Below, one piece after another: positions 9,865 to 19,300 of a stretch of 64,000 bases of DNA. Location: the NCBI GenBank assembly GCA_963589425.1, contig CAVAKZ010000003.1, positions 10,839 through 74,838 of the forward strand, written 5' to 3'. The DNA is from Parabacteroides distasonis. GTDB taxonomy: Bacteria; Bacillota; Clostridia; Lachnospirales; Lachnospiraceae. A program made the position numbers and the translations under genes. Positions within the stretch are counted from its first letter, which is position 1, and the number at the start of each line of letters is the position of its first letter. The notes under the pieces are model-generated. The model did no database searches. It was not told the origin of the DNA and saw only the letters and a program-made list of their open reading frames with translations.

Positions 9865-11181
9865 TTATTTGCTTGCAGCTGCTTCAGTAGCCCATCCGTC
9901 TACGAATGCAGTCTTAACCTGATCCCAGTTGGCATCTGTCTGGTCTGCTGCGTAAGTGGTGAGGGCAGAACCTACATCATTCTTCCACTGCTCAGAAGGC
10001 ATAGTAGAGAAATTCCATGAAACAGGAGTCTTTCCATCTTCTACATACTGATTAGCAATATTTACTAACGGATTGTCAGACTCTAAATTGTTCTTGAAAG
10101 GAATTACAAATCCCATTCCATCTGCGCTGCACATTTTTTCTGTTCCTTCATCAGAGGTTACACACCAGTTCATAAAATCAAGAGTTGCCTGAATGTCTTC
10201 CTCGGAAGCATTCTTATTTACACACCAGTAGTTCTCAGTACCGGTACAAAGTCCCTGATCCTCTTCACCGTCTACACCAATGTAAATCGGAAGCATTCCC
10301 AGGTTGTCATCTCCGATATCAGAGATATCGCTGTAAGCCCAGGTACCATTCTGATAGAAGACTGCCTGTTCTGTGGTAAATTCAGCTACTGCATCATCAC
10401 CGGTCTTGGTGCTTAACTGCTTTGGACTGCAGGTAGAGTTGTTGATGTAAAGATCCCAAACTTCTCTGTAGTTGTCAAGGTAGGTTCCCTTGATAGCATC
10501 AGTGTCGTCAATGCCATCTGCCTGATATTCATAGTAGATTGGAAGATTTGCTAAGTGGGTTTTAAATCTCCAGTCAGAAGATCCGTCCATACCAGCAGAG
10601 GTAAATGCGCTAAAGCCTAATTCATCAGATCTTGAGGTAATATCTTCAGCCACCTTCTTTAAATCATCGAAACAAGTAATGTCATCTTGAGTATATCCCG
10701 CTTCTTTAAGAAGGGTCTTGTTGTAAATGATTCCGTAGGACTCAATAACATAACCGATACCCGCAACAGAATCCCCATCCTTTAAGGCGAAGTCTTCAGA
10801 CGTAAGCTCTCCGTAAATATCTGAATCAGACAAGTCGTAGCAGTAATCCTTCCAAGAAGCAAGTCCTACAGGTCCGTTTACCTGGAAAAGGGTAGGCGCT
10901 TCGGATTTACCCATCTCACTTTTTAATGTAGTTTCATACTGGCCGGATGCTGCAGTAACAACTGTTACAGGAACCCCAGTTTCCTCAGTGTACTCTTCAG
11001 CAAGCTCCTGCCAGGCCTCGTCTGCTTCTGGCTTAAAGTTTAAATAGTAAACAGATCCGCTGGCTTCTTTTGAACTGTCATTGGAACTAGAACTAGAACT
11101 AGATGAGCTGCCACATCCAACTGCTAAAGATGCGGTCATTGCAAGTGCAAGTCCGAGAGCCAATACTTTTTTCTTTTTCAT
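9865..11181 (-). CDS. Sugar ABC transporter substrate-binding lipoprotein
   Basis: Lipoprotein signal 'MKKKKVLALGLALAMTASLAVGC' followed by a Ser-rich linker. Size and position (first gene of the ABC operon) fit. Confidence 0.85.
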   Translation of the reverse strand: MKKKKVLALGLALAMTASLAVGCGSSSSSSSSSNDSSKEASGSVYYLNFKPEADEAWQELAEEYTEETGVPVTVVTAASGQYETTLKSEMGKSEAPTLFQVNGPVGLASWKDYCYDLSDSDIYGELTSEDFALKDGDSVAGIGYVIESYGIIYNKTLLKEAGYTQDDITCFDDLKKVAEDITSRSDELGFSAFTSAGMDGSSDWRFKTHLANLPIYYEYQADGIDDTDAIKGTYLDNYREVWDLYINNSTCSPKQLSTKTGDDAVAEFTTEQAVFYQNGTWAYSDISDIGDDNLGMLPIYIGVDGEEDQGLCTGTENYWCVNKNASEEDIQATLDFMNWCVTSDEGTEKMCSADGMGFVIPFKNNLESDNPLVNIANQYVEDGKTPVSWNFSTMPSEQWKNDVGSALTTYAADQTDANWDQVKTAFVDGWATEAAASK

Positions 11182-11237
11182 AAAATGTTTCCTCCCTTAT
11201 ATAATTTTTAATGATTGTTACGGAATGGAACTGTTTC

Positions 11238-11251
11238 CGAAAACGTTTCCA
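11238..11251. promoter_or_regulatory. LacI/CcpA-type operator-like palindrome upstream of the sugar ABC operon
   Basis: cgaaaacgtttcca has a central CG, with arms GAAAAC/GTTTCC close to the TGNAANCGNTTNCA type. Confidence 0.5.
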
Positions 11252-11293
11252 TCTGTTGAGGCTATAGTAGCACCTTTGACAAAGGATTACAAT

Positions 11294-11307
11294 ATAAAAC
11301 GTTTCCA
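11294..11307. promoter_or_regulatory. Second LacI/CcpA-type operator-like site
   Basis: ataaaacgtttcca shares the core aaaacgtttcca with the site at 11238 and lies 56 bp away. Confidence 0.45.
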
Positions 11308-11465
11308 AACAACAAATTCGTGAGAAATAACAAAAATAATGCCTTGTGTTTAGGTAAATATTACAAAAACTAAGAGGGACTTGAACATGTAATGCCTTTA
11401 ATCGTATAATTTAATATAAGTAACATAGGAATATAATTAATGAAAGAGATGGGAGATTTTTGCTT

Positions 11466-12263
11466 ATGAGTGAGAAGAAAATTTGCAAGCATCCCTTGGG
11501 AAAAACTTTTTTAGCTTTTTTCTTGTATGGGATCTTGTATGTGGTGTTAGTGAATGTCAAGGGACTGTTTGAAGGGGGAAGGACCTTCCTTGGAAGCACC
11601 TATGCCTTTTCCAATATTTTTGATATTCTAATTGGAATTCTTATATTGGTCCTTTACTGGGCCTTGCATAGAAGGGATCTAAAAGATTTCTTTACGGTAA
11701 AGAAGACCGGTAAGGGACTCCTTATGGGATGGAGCCTTTTGTTTTTAGGCTTTTCTATGTGGTTTTTAAATTTTATTCAAGGAGTCCCTCAGGGAAATGT
11801 TATTGTAGCTTTGATCATGGGTATTGCCCCGGGATTTTGTGAAGAACTCCTCTTCCGCATTATCCCTATTTCAACAATCAAAAGGCTGCCTGCCAAGAAT
11901 AAAAAGAAAGCCCTCTTTATCACCTACCTAGTTTCAGGCATGGGATTTGGCTTGATTCATGCCTTTAATGTTTTAGTAGGAGCGGATCCTGTAAATACCA
12001 TAATCCAGGTTCTCTATGCCGTGGGAATTGGCTTGTTGTTTGGAGGTCTCTATCTGATTACAAGCAATCTTTGGATTACGGTTATTCTTCATTCATTTGT
12101 AGACTTTGCAAGCCTTATGACCGTCAGCGGACAGCAGACAGGAGGGGTATTAGAAGAGGCCAACAATTGGCAGAGTAATGTGCTTATTTTGATTTATACA
12201 GGCTTGATTTATATAAATGCATTTTTAGTTTGGCGAAAGATGAAAGAGGAGAAAATTTTCTAA
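11466..12263 (+). CDS. CPBP-family intramembrane glutamic endopeptidase (CAAX protease-like)
   Basis: Polytopic membrane protein with 'FCEELLFRIIP' (EExxxR motif) and 'FGLIHAFN' / 'ILHSFVDF' His motifs. Confidence 0.8.
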   Translation: MSEKKICKHPLGKTFLAFFLYGILYVVLVNVKGLFEGGRTFLGSTYAFSNIFDILIGILILVLYWALHRRDLKDFFTVKKTGKGLLMGWSLLFLGFSMWFLNFIQGVPQGNVIVALIMGIAPGFCEELLFRIIPISTIKRLPAKNKKKALFITYLVSGMGFGLIHAFNVLVGADPVNTIIQVLYAVGIGLLFGGLYLITSNLWITVILHSFVDFASLMTVSGQQTGGVLEEANNWQSNVLILIYTGLIYINAFLVWRKMKEEKIF

Positions 12264-12269
12264 AAGAGT

Positions 12270-12306
12270 AAAAAGGGACCCCGAGGTTTAGGCCTCGGGG
12301 TTTTTG
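12270..12306. terminator. Bidirectional rho-independent terminator
   Basis: ccccgagg (12279-12286) pairs with cctcgggg (12293-12300). An A-run lies upstream and a T-run (12301-12305) downstream. It sits between convergent genes. Confidence 0.75.
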
Positions 12307-12322
12307 TGGCTTGTTACAAGTT

Positions 12323-15300
12323 TTAATTGATTCTTTTAAGATAGCATACGCCGGTTCTTGTATACGGTACATTTTCGTCGTCGATGAAATATTTTTTAAG
12401 ACTTTTCAGACTTAGTCTAGAAGGTTTCTGAGCTGGATGAAGCGAGTCGTGTACATAAAGAATTGTATTTCCAGGCTCAGTTGTTTTTAGATTCTCAAAT
12501 CCTAAAATAGTGATTACATGTTTGTCATTTGTTAAAGTCATTGCTGATGAGTGATTAGCTGTAAAATTCTCGCCACCAAAAGCTTCTTTAAGTTTGGAGA
12601 TAAACCAATTTTCCCACTCGAGTTTTTTATCATCTCGCTGTGCATCTTCAAAATTACTTTCCTCACAGTGATAATTTTTAACCATATCAAGATGGGAAAT
12701 TTGCTTGAAGCCTCGACGTACATTTCCTGCTTCTCCACGTCCGCTTTGGGAGTGGATAGTAGAACTATTAATATAGTCTAGGTTCAATTCAAAAGGAGCG
12801 TTTTCTACCCGGCCGGCACGAATTAGCTGGGAGGGGACTTTAATACCCTGACACGCTAGCAAATTTGATAAAGCAATGGACCAACAGATGTTGGAGTGAT
12901 TCAAATCTTGGAATTCTAGTTTCGCTAATTTAAAATGATTGTTTTCGATGCTACAAGGCATCGGTTTCTGCTTGGCATATTTATCATCAAGTGCATTAAG
13001 CTTCTCAAGTAAGGCAGCTCTGTCTTTAAGATGTTTCAATAAATAGCTATCAATTTGTTTATCTGTTTTGTTATAGTAATACTTCTGGTATAAGTTGTTT
13101 CGTTCTTCCTTAAGTATCTTTGGATCATTACACTTTAAAAGATTTACAAGCTTAACAAGAAGGACGTTTTCGGGATTATTTTCCATTGCGTCATATAATT
13201 GATGAAAGTTCACGTAATATTCGGGCATATGTTTGGCATTCGGCTTTGTGACTTTATGCTTAGAGCGTTTTATTAAGTTTTTTTGTACAGCAATAAAATC
13301 TTTTTCCATCTGTGCTGTTACCATATAAGATGTATTTCTCATTTCCTGGAAGGTGCGAGGAAGATTCCTTGTATCTAACACTATCTGCCCATTTTTTTTG
13401 GAACTTTGTTGGATTGAGGATTTTGCTCTACTTTCATTGATCTGATTATTATTTGCTTTTTGCAAGCGAGTATATTCTGCATCTGTCTTCTCTTTTGAAT
13501 TTTTTGCTAGTTTGTTCACTCTTTCTTCTTGTTTTAGCTCTTTTTGCAATTTTTCTATGTCAGCATTAACATCCGAATGGTCTTCATTCTCGGACTTGTA
13601 CTTTATAAAGACATCTCCAACAGTTGAATTCTTGGAGGCTTGGTTTTCTCTTTGGTTGTTTTCCTCTTCTTTATCATTTTCTATCTCTAACTGCTTTATT
13701 TGTTCATCCATTTCTGGATCATTGTTCTCATCCACTATTGTTTTGTCTTGCACTGGTTCTACATTTTTCTCTTCTTGTTTTTCCTTGGCCTCCTTCTTGT
13801 TTTCTTCTAGTATAAGGTCATTCAGTTCTTCGTTGATGTCATTTTCATAGTTTATATTTTCATAGTTTATATTTTCGACTTTTACTTCTTCTTTTTTTGC
13901 TGACTCTTGTACCGATGCTTTTTTTATTGCTTCTGAAATTTTTTCATCAGTTACCTCCACTAAAGAACCGGAATTATCTATTTCCTGCATTAGAAGATCG
14001 GTGTCTGCAGTTACCGTAGCTTTTGTGGTTTTCTTCTTAAAGAGTCTAGAAAGCCATGCTGCAATAGTAGTGATGAAACCAGTCTTTTTTGCTTGAATTT
14101 TGAGTGGTTTTAGTTCTTTTGTAGAAGCTAGATCAAGCTTGTCTACAGATTGTAAACTACTATGTCTTTCCACAATATCTTCTTCTTGTATCTTATTGAG
14201 TTGCTTGCTGATCTGTTGATTCAGGATACTTTGAGCCTTTCTTTCTTGTATTTTCTGTCTTTCTTTTTCTTCAGAGACAGCTTCTTCCACCAGAACCTTC
14301 TCACGGTATTCTTTTTCATCAGGATAAAATCTGAGAGTTCCGGACTGAAATTCGCCCATGGTTTTTGCCTTGGGAATTTCGTCTTTTATCTCATCTTTTA
14401 TCTCATCTTTTATCTCATCTTTTATCTCATCCTTTACCTGCTGTTCAGATTCTTTCTGTTCTGCCTGCAAAGCTTTTACAATCACAGGATAAGAAGCGAA
14501 GGCGCTTGTAAGTGCCTCGGCCTTTGCCAGGCCATCTACTTGATCTTTCTTCATAATCGCATCAGAAAGGCTTATGAAATGTTCTAAATTCTCGGGCTTC
14601 TCTATAACTGTAGCAGCATATGGAGAGGTGAGAACTTCAGAGATGAGATTGTATATTTCCGCATTCTCATCCTCAGCATCAACCGGGAAGTTTGTAAGGA
14701 ATTTTTTTAGGTTGTCAATAAGATTCTGACAGTTCTCTGCGGCAATTTTTCCTTCTTTATCCTTCGTTGATACTTCTTTTCTTAAACTTTCTATTTGTTC
14801 TGACAGAGTCTGGCTAACTTCCTCTTTTTCTTTTTGTGCGACTTCTGCCGGATATTTTTTGTACCAGTTTTCTAAAATCGGAAGAGAAGTATCTAATTCC
14901 TGAGAAATTTCATCTAAGCTAGTGTAATACTTATCCTTTTGAAGATTTTGATTTTCCAAGATGTAGAGAGCATGGTCTAAGGTAATCAGATAGGAAAGCT
15001 CATCAAATTGTTCCTTTTCAAATGTAGCTGAGGTGTTTGTCATTAAAGCGTCGAAGGCTTTGGGGTCGCAAACAATTTTTTTGATAACAGAATATAGATT
15101 GTTGTATTTTTCTAATTTTTTACTATGGAATCCGCTATAGGCTTCTGTTTGTATGCGAAGATAATCCTGTGTGTGTCCGCTATCATTTAATAGCAGTATG
15201 CCAGGCTCTTCTAAAACCTGAGCAGCCTGTTTTGCTTCTTCCTTCTTTTTTGTAATATAAGTCTTCCAGTAATATTCGGACAGATTTTCTGCTAGATTTT

Positions 15301-16795
15301 CCCCGGTGTTTTCTTTGGAAATAGCAGAGTCAGGCACTAGATAGGTGATGGCTTTCATAAAGATGTCCAATCCGGTGGAAGAATTTTTGTTTAGGAAATG
15401 ATCGTAGGCAAAGGGGTCAGCTGCGATTGTTTCTACATTGCTCCTTATATTACTCTTGACAGAGGCCAAACGAGGTTCTTCTTTGTCGACTTTTTCCTCG
15501 GGCTGATTTTTGCAAATTTCAGCGGCAACGTTTAATATGTTCTTTAAATTTTTGAAAAGAAATTGTTCTTTATCCTTTTCGGAAAGGTTTGTGTATTCCT
15601 TATAGAGCTGGATAAATTTGGTGTTGACTGCAAGGTCTTTTTCTTGCTCTTTTTCTTGGTTTCCTTCCTTTTTTAAACTATTCTCAGCCTTTGCATCCTC
15701 TTTTTTTAAGGCTTCCGAGAATTTGTCTTGAAAACTTTTCTTAAGCTCTGTCTTAGCTGAAAGCTCTGTCAGGAGTCGATTGGTTTCTTTCTTTTGGGCT
15801 TGTAGGAAGGTATATTCTTCTAAGTGCAGTATCCTCAAATCCTTTCCATCCGTGGCCTTGAAAAGGGTTATCTTGTTAATTGCTATATCCATCTGGTTTA
15901 GGATTTGGCTATAGTAGATCATCTGGAGAAGCTTGGGATGATTCTCCTGGGCATATTGCAGGGCTTCCTGACTGGCAGCCATTCCTGTGACTAGTTTGAA
16001 AATATAGCTGCTAACGCTGCCCTTAAAGAAAAACTTATCTTTTAAATCTGAAATATGCTGGGAGGAGAGGCTACCATTTCCTTCTTGAAAGTAATTTAAT
16101 TGCCCCTGAAGCTGCTTGAACCGTTTTTGGGCAGACATTGCCTCTTGGACATCCCTAAGTTTTTTTTCTAGTTCCGGAAGGGAGGGATCCTTCCGTCCTT
16201 TTTCTTTTTTATTTTTCTTGTCTTTTTTGACTTTTAGGTTCGCGATCTGGGCAGTCAGGTCATTCTCCATTTGCATAAGATCTTGGCTGGGGTCTTGAGC
16301 TTGATCAGTCTTGAAAAAGTGCCCGTTTTTTGCCATGGAGGAGAAGGCTTCATAGAAATTTTCCACTGGTATCTTTTCCTTCTCGCCTTGCTTATTATTC
16401 TCCATCTGAGGCTCTTGAAGCTCTTCTTCCGGAAGATTTTCGTATAGTATTTGATCAGACTCTTCCCTTATTCTTTGGGACACCTGGTCAAGGTTAAAAG
16501 TTTCCCATTTGGCCTTTGTCTTTTTATAAAGGCTACCGTAGTTAGGCATTCCGGTAAGAAATCTGCCTAAAGCCTTGAAAGATTTTTTGAATTTGGAGGC
16601 AGACTCTAACTGCTCCGGAGTTTCTCCCTTTTTTTCAGCAGTTTTATAATAATACTGCATTTTTTCCTGATCATGGGCGTAAGTGTCCATAATGGAGTCT
16701 CCCCGAAGCTTCTGCTCTTTATCTTGCTTGAGGGAGATGTAAGGAGACTTTATTTGTTGAGCTTTTTTTTGTACTTGTTCATCTGGTCCTGGCAT
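12323..16795 (-). CDS. 1490-aa Lys/Glu/Gln-rich, largely low-complexity or coiled-coil protein with a C-terminal papain-like (Cys-His-Asp) thiol hydrolase-like domain
   Basis: Uninterrupted 4.47-kb ORF with SD aggagg 6 nt upstream. No signal peptide. C-terminal ~220 aa carries 'NHSNICWSIALSNLL' (Cys codon 12884-12886), 'DKHVITILGFE' (His codon 12518-12520) and 'ILYVHDS'. This resembles the papain CW / H-x-V-x-x-x-G-[YF] layout. Confidence 0.6.
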   Translation of the reverse strand: MPGPDEQVQKKAQQIKSPYISLKQDKEQKLRGDSIMDTYAHDQEKMQYYYKTAEKKGETPEQLESASKFKKSFKALGRFLTGMPNYGSLYKKTKAKWETFNLDQVSQRIREESDQILYENLPEEELQEPQMENNKQGEKEKIPVENFYEAFSSMAKNGHFFKTDQAQDPSQDLMQMENDLTAQIANLKVKKDKKNKKEKGRKDPSLPELEKKLRDVQEAMSAQKRFKQLQGQLNYFQEGNGSLSSQHISDLKDKFFFKGSVSSYIFKLVTGMAASQEALQYAQENHPKLLQMIYYSQILNQMDIAINKITLFKATDGKDLRILHLEEYTFLQAQKKETNRLLTELSAKTELKKSFQDKFSEALKKEDAKAENSLKKEGNQEKEQEKDLAVNTKFIQLYKEYTNLSEKDKEQFLFKNLKNILNVAAEICKNQPEEKVDKEEPRLASVKSNIRSNVETIAADPFAYDHFLNKNSSTGLDIFMKAITYLVPDSAISKENTGENLAENLSEYYWKTYITKKKEEAKQAAQVLEEPGILLLNDSGHTQDYLRIQTEAYSGFHSKKLEKYNNLYSVIKKIVCDPKAFDALMTNTSATFEKEQFDELSYLITLDHALYILENQNLQKDKYYTSLDEISQELDTSLPILENWYKKYPAEVAQKEKEEVSQTLSEQIESLRKEVSTKDKEGKIAAENCQNLIDNLKKFLTNFPVDAEDENAEIYNLISEVLTSPYAATVIEKPENLEHFISLSDAIMKKDQVDGLAKAEALTSAFASYPVIVKALQAEQKESEQQVKDEIKDEIKDEIKDEIKDEIPKAKTMGEFQSGTLRFYPDEKEYREKVLVEEAVSEEKERQKIQERKAQSILNQQISKQLNKIQEEDIVERHSSLQSVDKLDLASTKELKPLKIQAKKTGFITTIAAWLSRLFKKKTTKATVTADTDLLMQEIDNSGSLVEVTDEKISEAIKKASVQESAKKEEVKVENINYENINYENDINEELNDLILEENKKEAKEKQEEKNVEPVQDKTIVDENNDPEMDEQIKQLEIENDKEEENNQRENQASKNSTVGDVFIKYKSENEDHSDVNADIEKLQKELKQEERVNKLAKNSKEKTDAEYTRLQKANNNQINESRAKSSIQQSSKKNGQIVLDTRNLPRTFQEMRNTSYMVTAQMEKDFIAVQKNLIKRSKHKVTKPNAKHMPEYYVNFHQLYDAMENNPENVLLVKLVNLLKCNDPKILKEERNNLYQKYYYNKTDKQIDSYLLKHLKDRAALLEKLNALDDKYAKQKPMPCSIENNHFKLAKLEFQDLNHSNICWSIALSNLLACQGIKVPSQLIRAGRVENAPFELNLDYINSSTIHSQSGRGEAGNVRRGFKQISHLDMVKNYHCEESNFEDAQRDDKKLEWENWFISKLKEAFGGENFTANHSSAMTLTNDKHVITILGFENLKTTEPGNTILYVHDSLHPAQKPSRLSLKSLKKYFIDDENVPYTRTGVCYLKRIN
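13841..13876. repeat. In-frame 15-bp tandem repeat, about 2.4 copies
   Basis: attttcatagtttat occurs twice perfectly plus a partial copy. It encodes 'NINYENINYEN' in the large protein. Confidence 0.9.
14382..14441. repeat. In-frame 12-bp tandem repeat, 4 perfect and 1 degenerate copy
   Basis: tcttttatctca x4 encodes '(DEIK)n' in the large protein. Confidence 0.95.
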
Positions 16796-16804
16796 GGCTA
16801 CCTC

Positions 16805-17683
16805 CTAAATATTGCTTGTAACGTTGGACTGCAAATTTTTCCATCCGGTGGTGATGCCGGCGTTTGTAATGTTGTGGTCCGGAAGAAGGGCTTTTGCTGC
16901 CTTTAACATGGAATCAAGACCACAGGTAAATTCGATTCGATTCAGAGTTTCCCTTCCGGTTAATAGCTGATCGGAGACTGTTTTCATAAGTCGGATCAGG
17001 GCTTTTAGATAATTTTTTTCTATAAAACAAAGTTCCAGGGAATAGATACCTTCCCCTACGCGGTCTACTAAGATGGCTCCTACGATCTGAGAATTAGAGA
17101 CTAAAAGCCTGCTTAAGCTAGGATCCGCAGAGGCATAGTCGGCCCGGCTGGCCACATAGTTGTGATGGCGCTCCCGGTTCTTTATGAAGTACTCTAACTG
17201 CCTGGATTTTGCATATCTAAGAGAAACAATGCTGTCATCGGAGGAAATTTTGGGACCAAGAATTTCAGGCTGGCTGTAGAAGAGGGCTTGCTTTAGCTGG
17301 TCTCTGCTTACAGAGAAAACAGGCTCTACATGGAAATCAATAAAGAAACCTCGGCGCCCTAGCATAGCCATAAGTCTTCTTTCCTGGTCGGTCTCTCCGC
17401 CTAATGCCACCTCCAGATTTTGGGTGCCATTTTTCTTTGCTTCTAAAATAGCTTTGTCAAGAAGCCGGCTTCCAATTCCTTGTTCTTGATATTCCGGAAG
17501 GACGTAAATCCAAGTAAGCCCCCAATTTTTATCTTTTTTCATCAGAATTACGATGCCTACAGCCTCTTCCTCTATCAAACAGGATAGAACAATGCTAGCT
17601 GTGCGAAGACCATGGATGGGGGCCATATTCCTTACCTTAAAATATTCTGATTCTGTAATTTTTCTTATCTTAAATTGATCCAT
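16805..17683 (-). CDS. GNAT-like N-acetyltransferase domain protein with an uncharacterised C-terminal half
   Basis: 'IYVLPEYQEQGIGSRLLDKAILEAKKNG' fits the acetyl-CoA-binding Q/R-x-x-G-x-G/A motif of GNATs. Its stop overlaps the SD of the downstream 1490-aa gene. Confidence 0.6.
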   Translation of the reverse strand: MDQFKIRKITESEYFKVRNMAPIHGLRTASIVLSCLIEEEAVGIVILMKKDKNWGLTWIYVLPEYQEQGIGSRLLDKAILEAKKNGTQNLEVALGGETDQERRLMAMLGRRGFFIDFHVEPVFSVSRDQLKQALFYSQPEILGPKISSDDSIVSLRYAKSRQLEYFIKNRERHHNYVASRADYASADPSLSRLLVSNSQIVGAILVDRVGEGIYSLELCFIEKNYLKALIRLMKTVSDQLLTGRETLNRIEFTCGLDSMLKAAKALLPDHNITNAGITTGWKNLQSNVTSNI

Positions 17684-17737
17684 ATTTAAAATTCCTCATT
17701 GTTTTATACGATGATAATTACATGTCGGTTAACTTGG

Positions 17738-17746
17738 ATTGTAACA
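17738..17746 (-). promoter_or_regulatory. Candidate extended -10 promoter element for the GNAT/large-protein operon
   Basis: The minus strand reads tgttacaat (TGnTAnAAT type) about 55 nt upstream of the GNAT start codon. Confidence 0.35.
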
Positions 17747-17773
17747 TGTTTTTTTACTTTTAAGATGCAAAAT

Positions 17774-17802
17774 TTGCCATCTTTTTTGGATTTTGATACA
17801 AT
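17774..17802 (+). promoter_or_regulatory. Candidate sigma-A promoter for the jetABC-like operon
   Basis: TTGCCA, 17-nt spacer, TACAAT, located 43 nt upstream of the ATG at 17845. Confidence 0.45.
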
Positions 17803-17844
17803 TCACTGTGCGAAACACGTAAATTAGCTGATTTTGGGGAACTT

Positions 17845-19281
17845 ATGAAATTAATCGATCAAATTCCAAAAAAATTTTATAAATTATTTGCAAGTAAATA
17901 TATGGACTACTACCAGCAGTTTCTGGTAGACCTTTATGCGGCTTCAGGAAGGTCTTATTCTCTTTTGGGCTTGACAGAAGCGGAGTGCAAGGCTGTGATG
18001 AATGAGCGGATTGCTGAGACCACCCTGGATTGGGACCAGGAGGCCTACGATGAGGAAGGGGACCTCCTTACCAAAGCCAACATGGCGTCGGTCTGTTTAA
18101 AACACTTAGAGGATTGGGGCTGGCTTAAGCAGGATTATGATGAGTCTTTAAATAGCTATGTGGTATCCTTTCCTGAGTACAGCAGGCAGTTTGTAGAACT
18201 TTTTCGAGAGCTTAGGCTGGAAGATCAAAACAAAGAGCGGGAGAGTATTCTTGCCATTTATAGTTACCTTCATACCTACCACACGGACAAGGAAAAGAAT
18301 GTGGAGATCCTGAGAAGTACCTGGTCCATGTCTAAGGGGCTTTTGCAGCAGTTAGCCGGTATGCAGGAAAGCATGCGGGGATATTTTGATGAGCTGTCTA
18401 AGCAGAAAAGTTTTCTTGGAGTGCAAAAGGTTCTGGTAGAGGAGCTTAATAATACGGATAGCAAGAAATATGCCATTCTTACCACCACAGACAGTTTCTA
18501 TCGCTACAAGGAGGCGGTGAAAGAACTGGTATCTGAGATTCGTATAGAAAATGAAGAGCGCTATGAGGAGCTGTTAGGTAAGAAGGAAGTCTATGAGGCG
18601 TCTAAGAAAGATACTATGGATGCAGCAGAGGAGTATTTGTTTCAGTTAAAGGCTCCCTACTACCGCATGGAAAGGAGTCTTAAAAGGGCCAAGGAGGCCT
18701 CAGAGCTTTTGCTTCGCATCGACCGGGAGTTTGACGCCATTGAGCGAAGATATAATATGCTGATTGAGCAAAAGACTGTATTTGCCGGTCGGGCAGCAGC
18801 TAGAATCCGCTATCTTCTGTCAGAGGGAAATGTGGAAGAAGACCAGACAGTAAGCCTTATAAATCTCATAAACAAAAGCCGGAGAAAAGAAGAAATTTTA
18901 GAAAAACTTGGGGAGAAAATAAGCCTTACCCAAAGGTTTAAATTCTTATCAGAAAAAAGCCTTTATAAGAAGAGAAATACAGACAGGGAGGCCTTTGCAC
19001 CGGAGGCAGTAAGCCTAGAGGAAAAAGAGGAAGCCTTGGACGGCTTTGTATTAAAGCCCCTGTATACCAGGCAGGAGCTTGAAGAGTTTAGAAAGAAAAA
19101 TGAGCAGGATGGAGCTTTCCAGGTGACAGAGGATACGGTAAGGTCTATGGAAGATTTGGAAAAATTATTTTTTGTCTGGCAGGAAGCTACGGAAGTGGCA
19201 GACAGTGAAAATGAAATTGAGATTGGAAAAGACTATGAGAACGCAGAAGGCTTCCGCTTTTCTAAGCTTGTGATTCGATAA
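17845..19281 (+). CDS. jetA: JetA/MksF-like (kleisin-like) subunit of a Wadjet/MksBEF-type SMC complex
   Basis: 478 aa, first gene of a three-gene cassette whose order and sizes (about 480/210/1120 aa) fit jetA-jetB-jetC. Predicted mostly helical. The call is made from context, not from a recognised motif. Confidence 0.5.
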   Translation: MKLIDQIPKKFYKLFASKYMDYYQQFLVDLYAASGRSYSLLGLTEAECKAVMNERIAETTLDWDQEAYDEEGDLLTKANMASVCLKHLEDWGWLKQDYDESLNSYVVSFPEYSRQFVELFRELRLEDQNKERESILAIYSYLHTYHTDKEKNVEILRSTWSMSKGLLQQLAGMQESMRGYFDELSKQKSFLGVQKVLVEELNNTDSKKYAILTTTDSFYRYKEAVKELVSEIRIENEERYEELLGKKEVYEASKKDTMDAAEEYLFQLKAPYYRMERSLKRAKEASELLLRIDREFDAIERRYNMLIEQKTVFAGRAAARIRYLLSEGNVEEDQTVSLINLINKSRRKEEILEKLGEKISLTQRFKFLSEKSLYKKRNTDREAFAPEAVSLEEKEEALDGFVLKPLYTRQELEEFRKKNEQDGAFQVTEDTVRSMEDLEKLFFVWQEATEVADSENEIEIGKDYENAEGFRFSKLVIR

Positions 19282-19300
19282 ACAAGAAGCATAAATAAAA

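Noticed and set aside
13512-16298. Plus-strand ORFs inside the giant gene (13512-13850, 13624-13815, 14162-14587, 16116-16298)
   Set aside because: They are Ser/Phe/Leu-rich mirror translations of Lys/Glu codons (antisense shadow ORFs). They have no SD, and the minus-strand frame is open for 4.47 kb.
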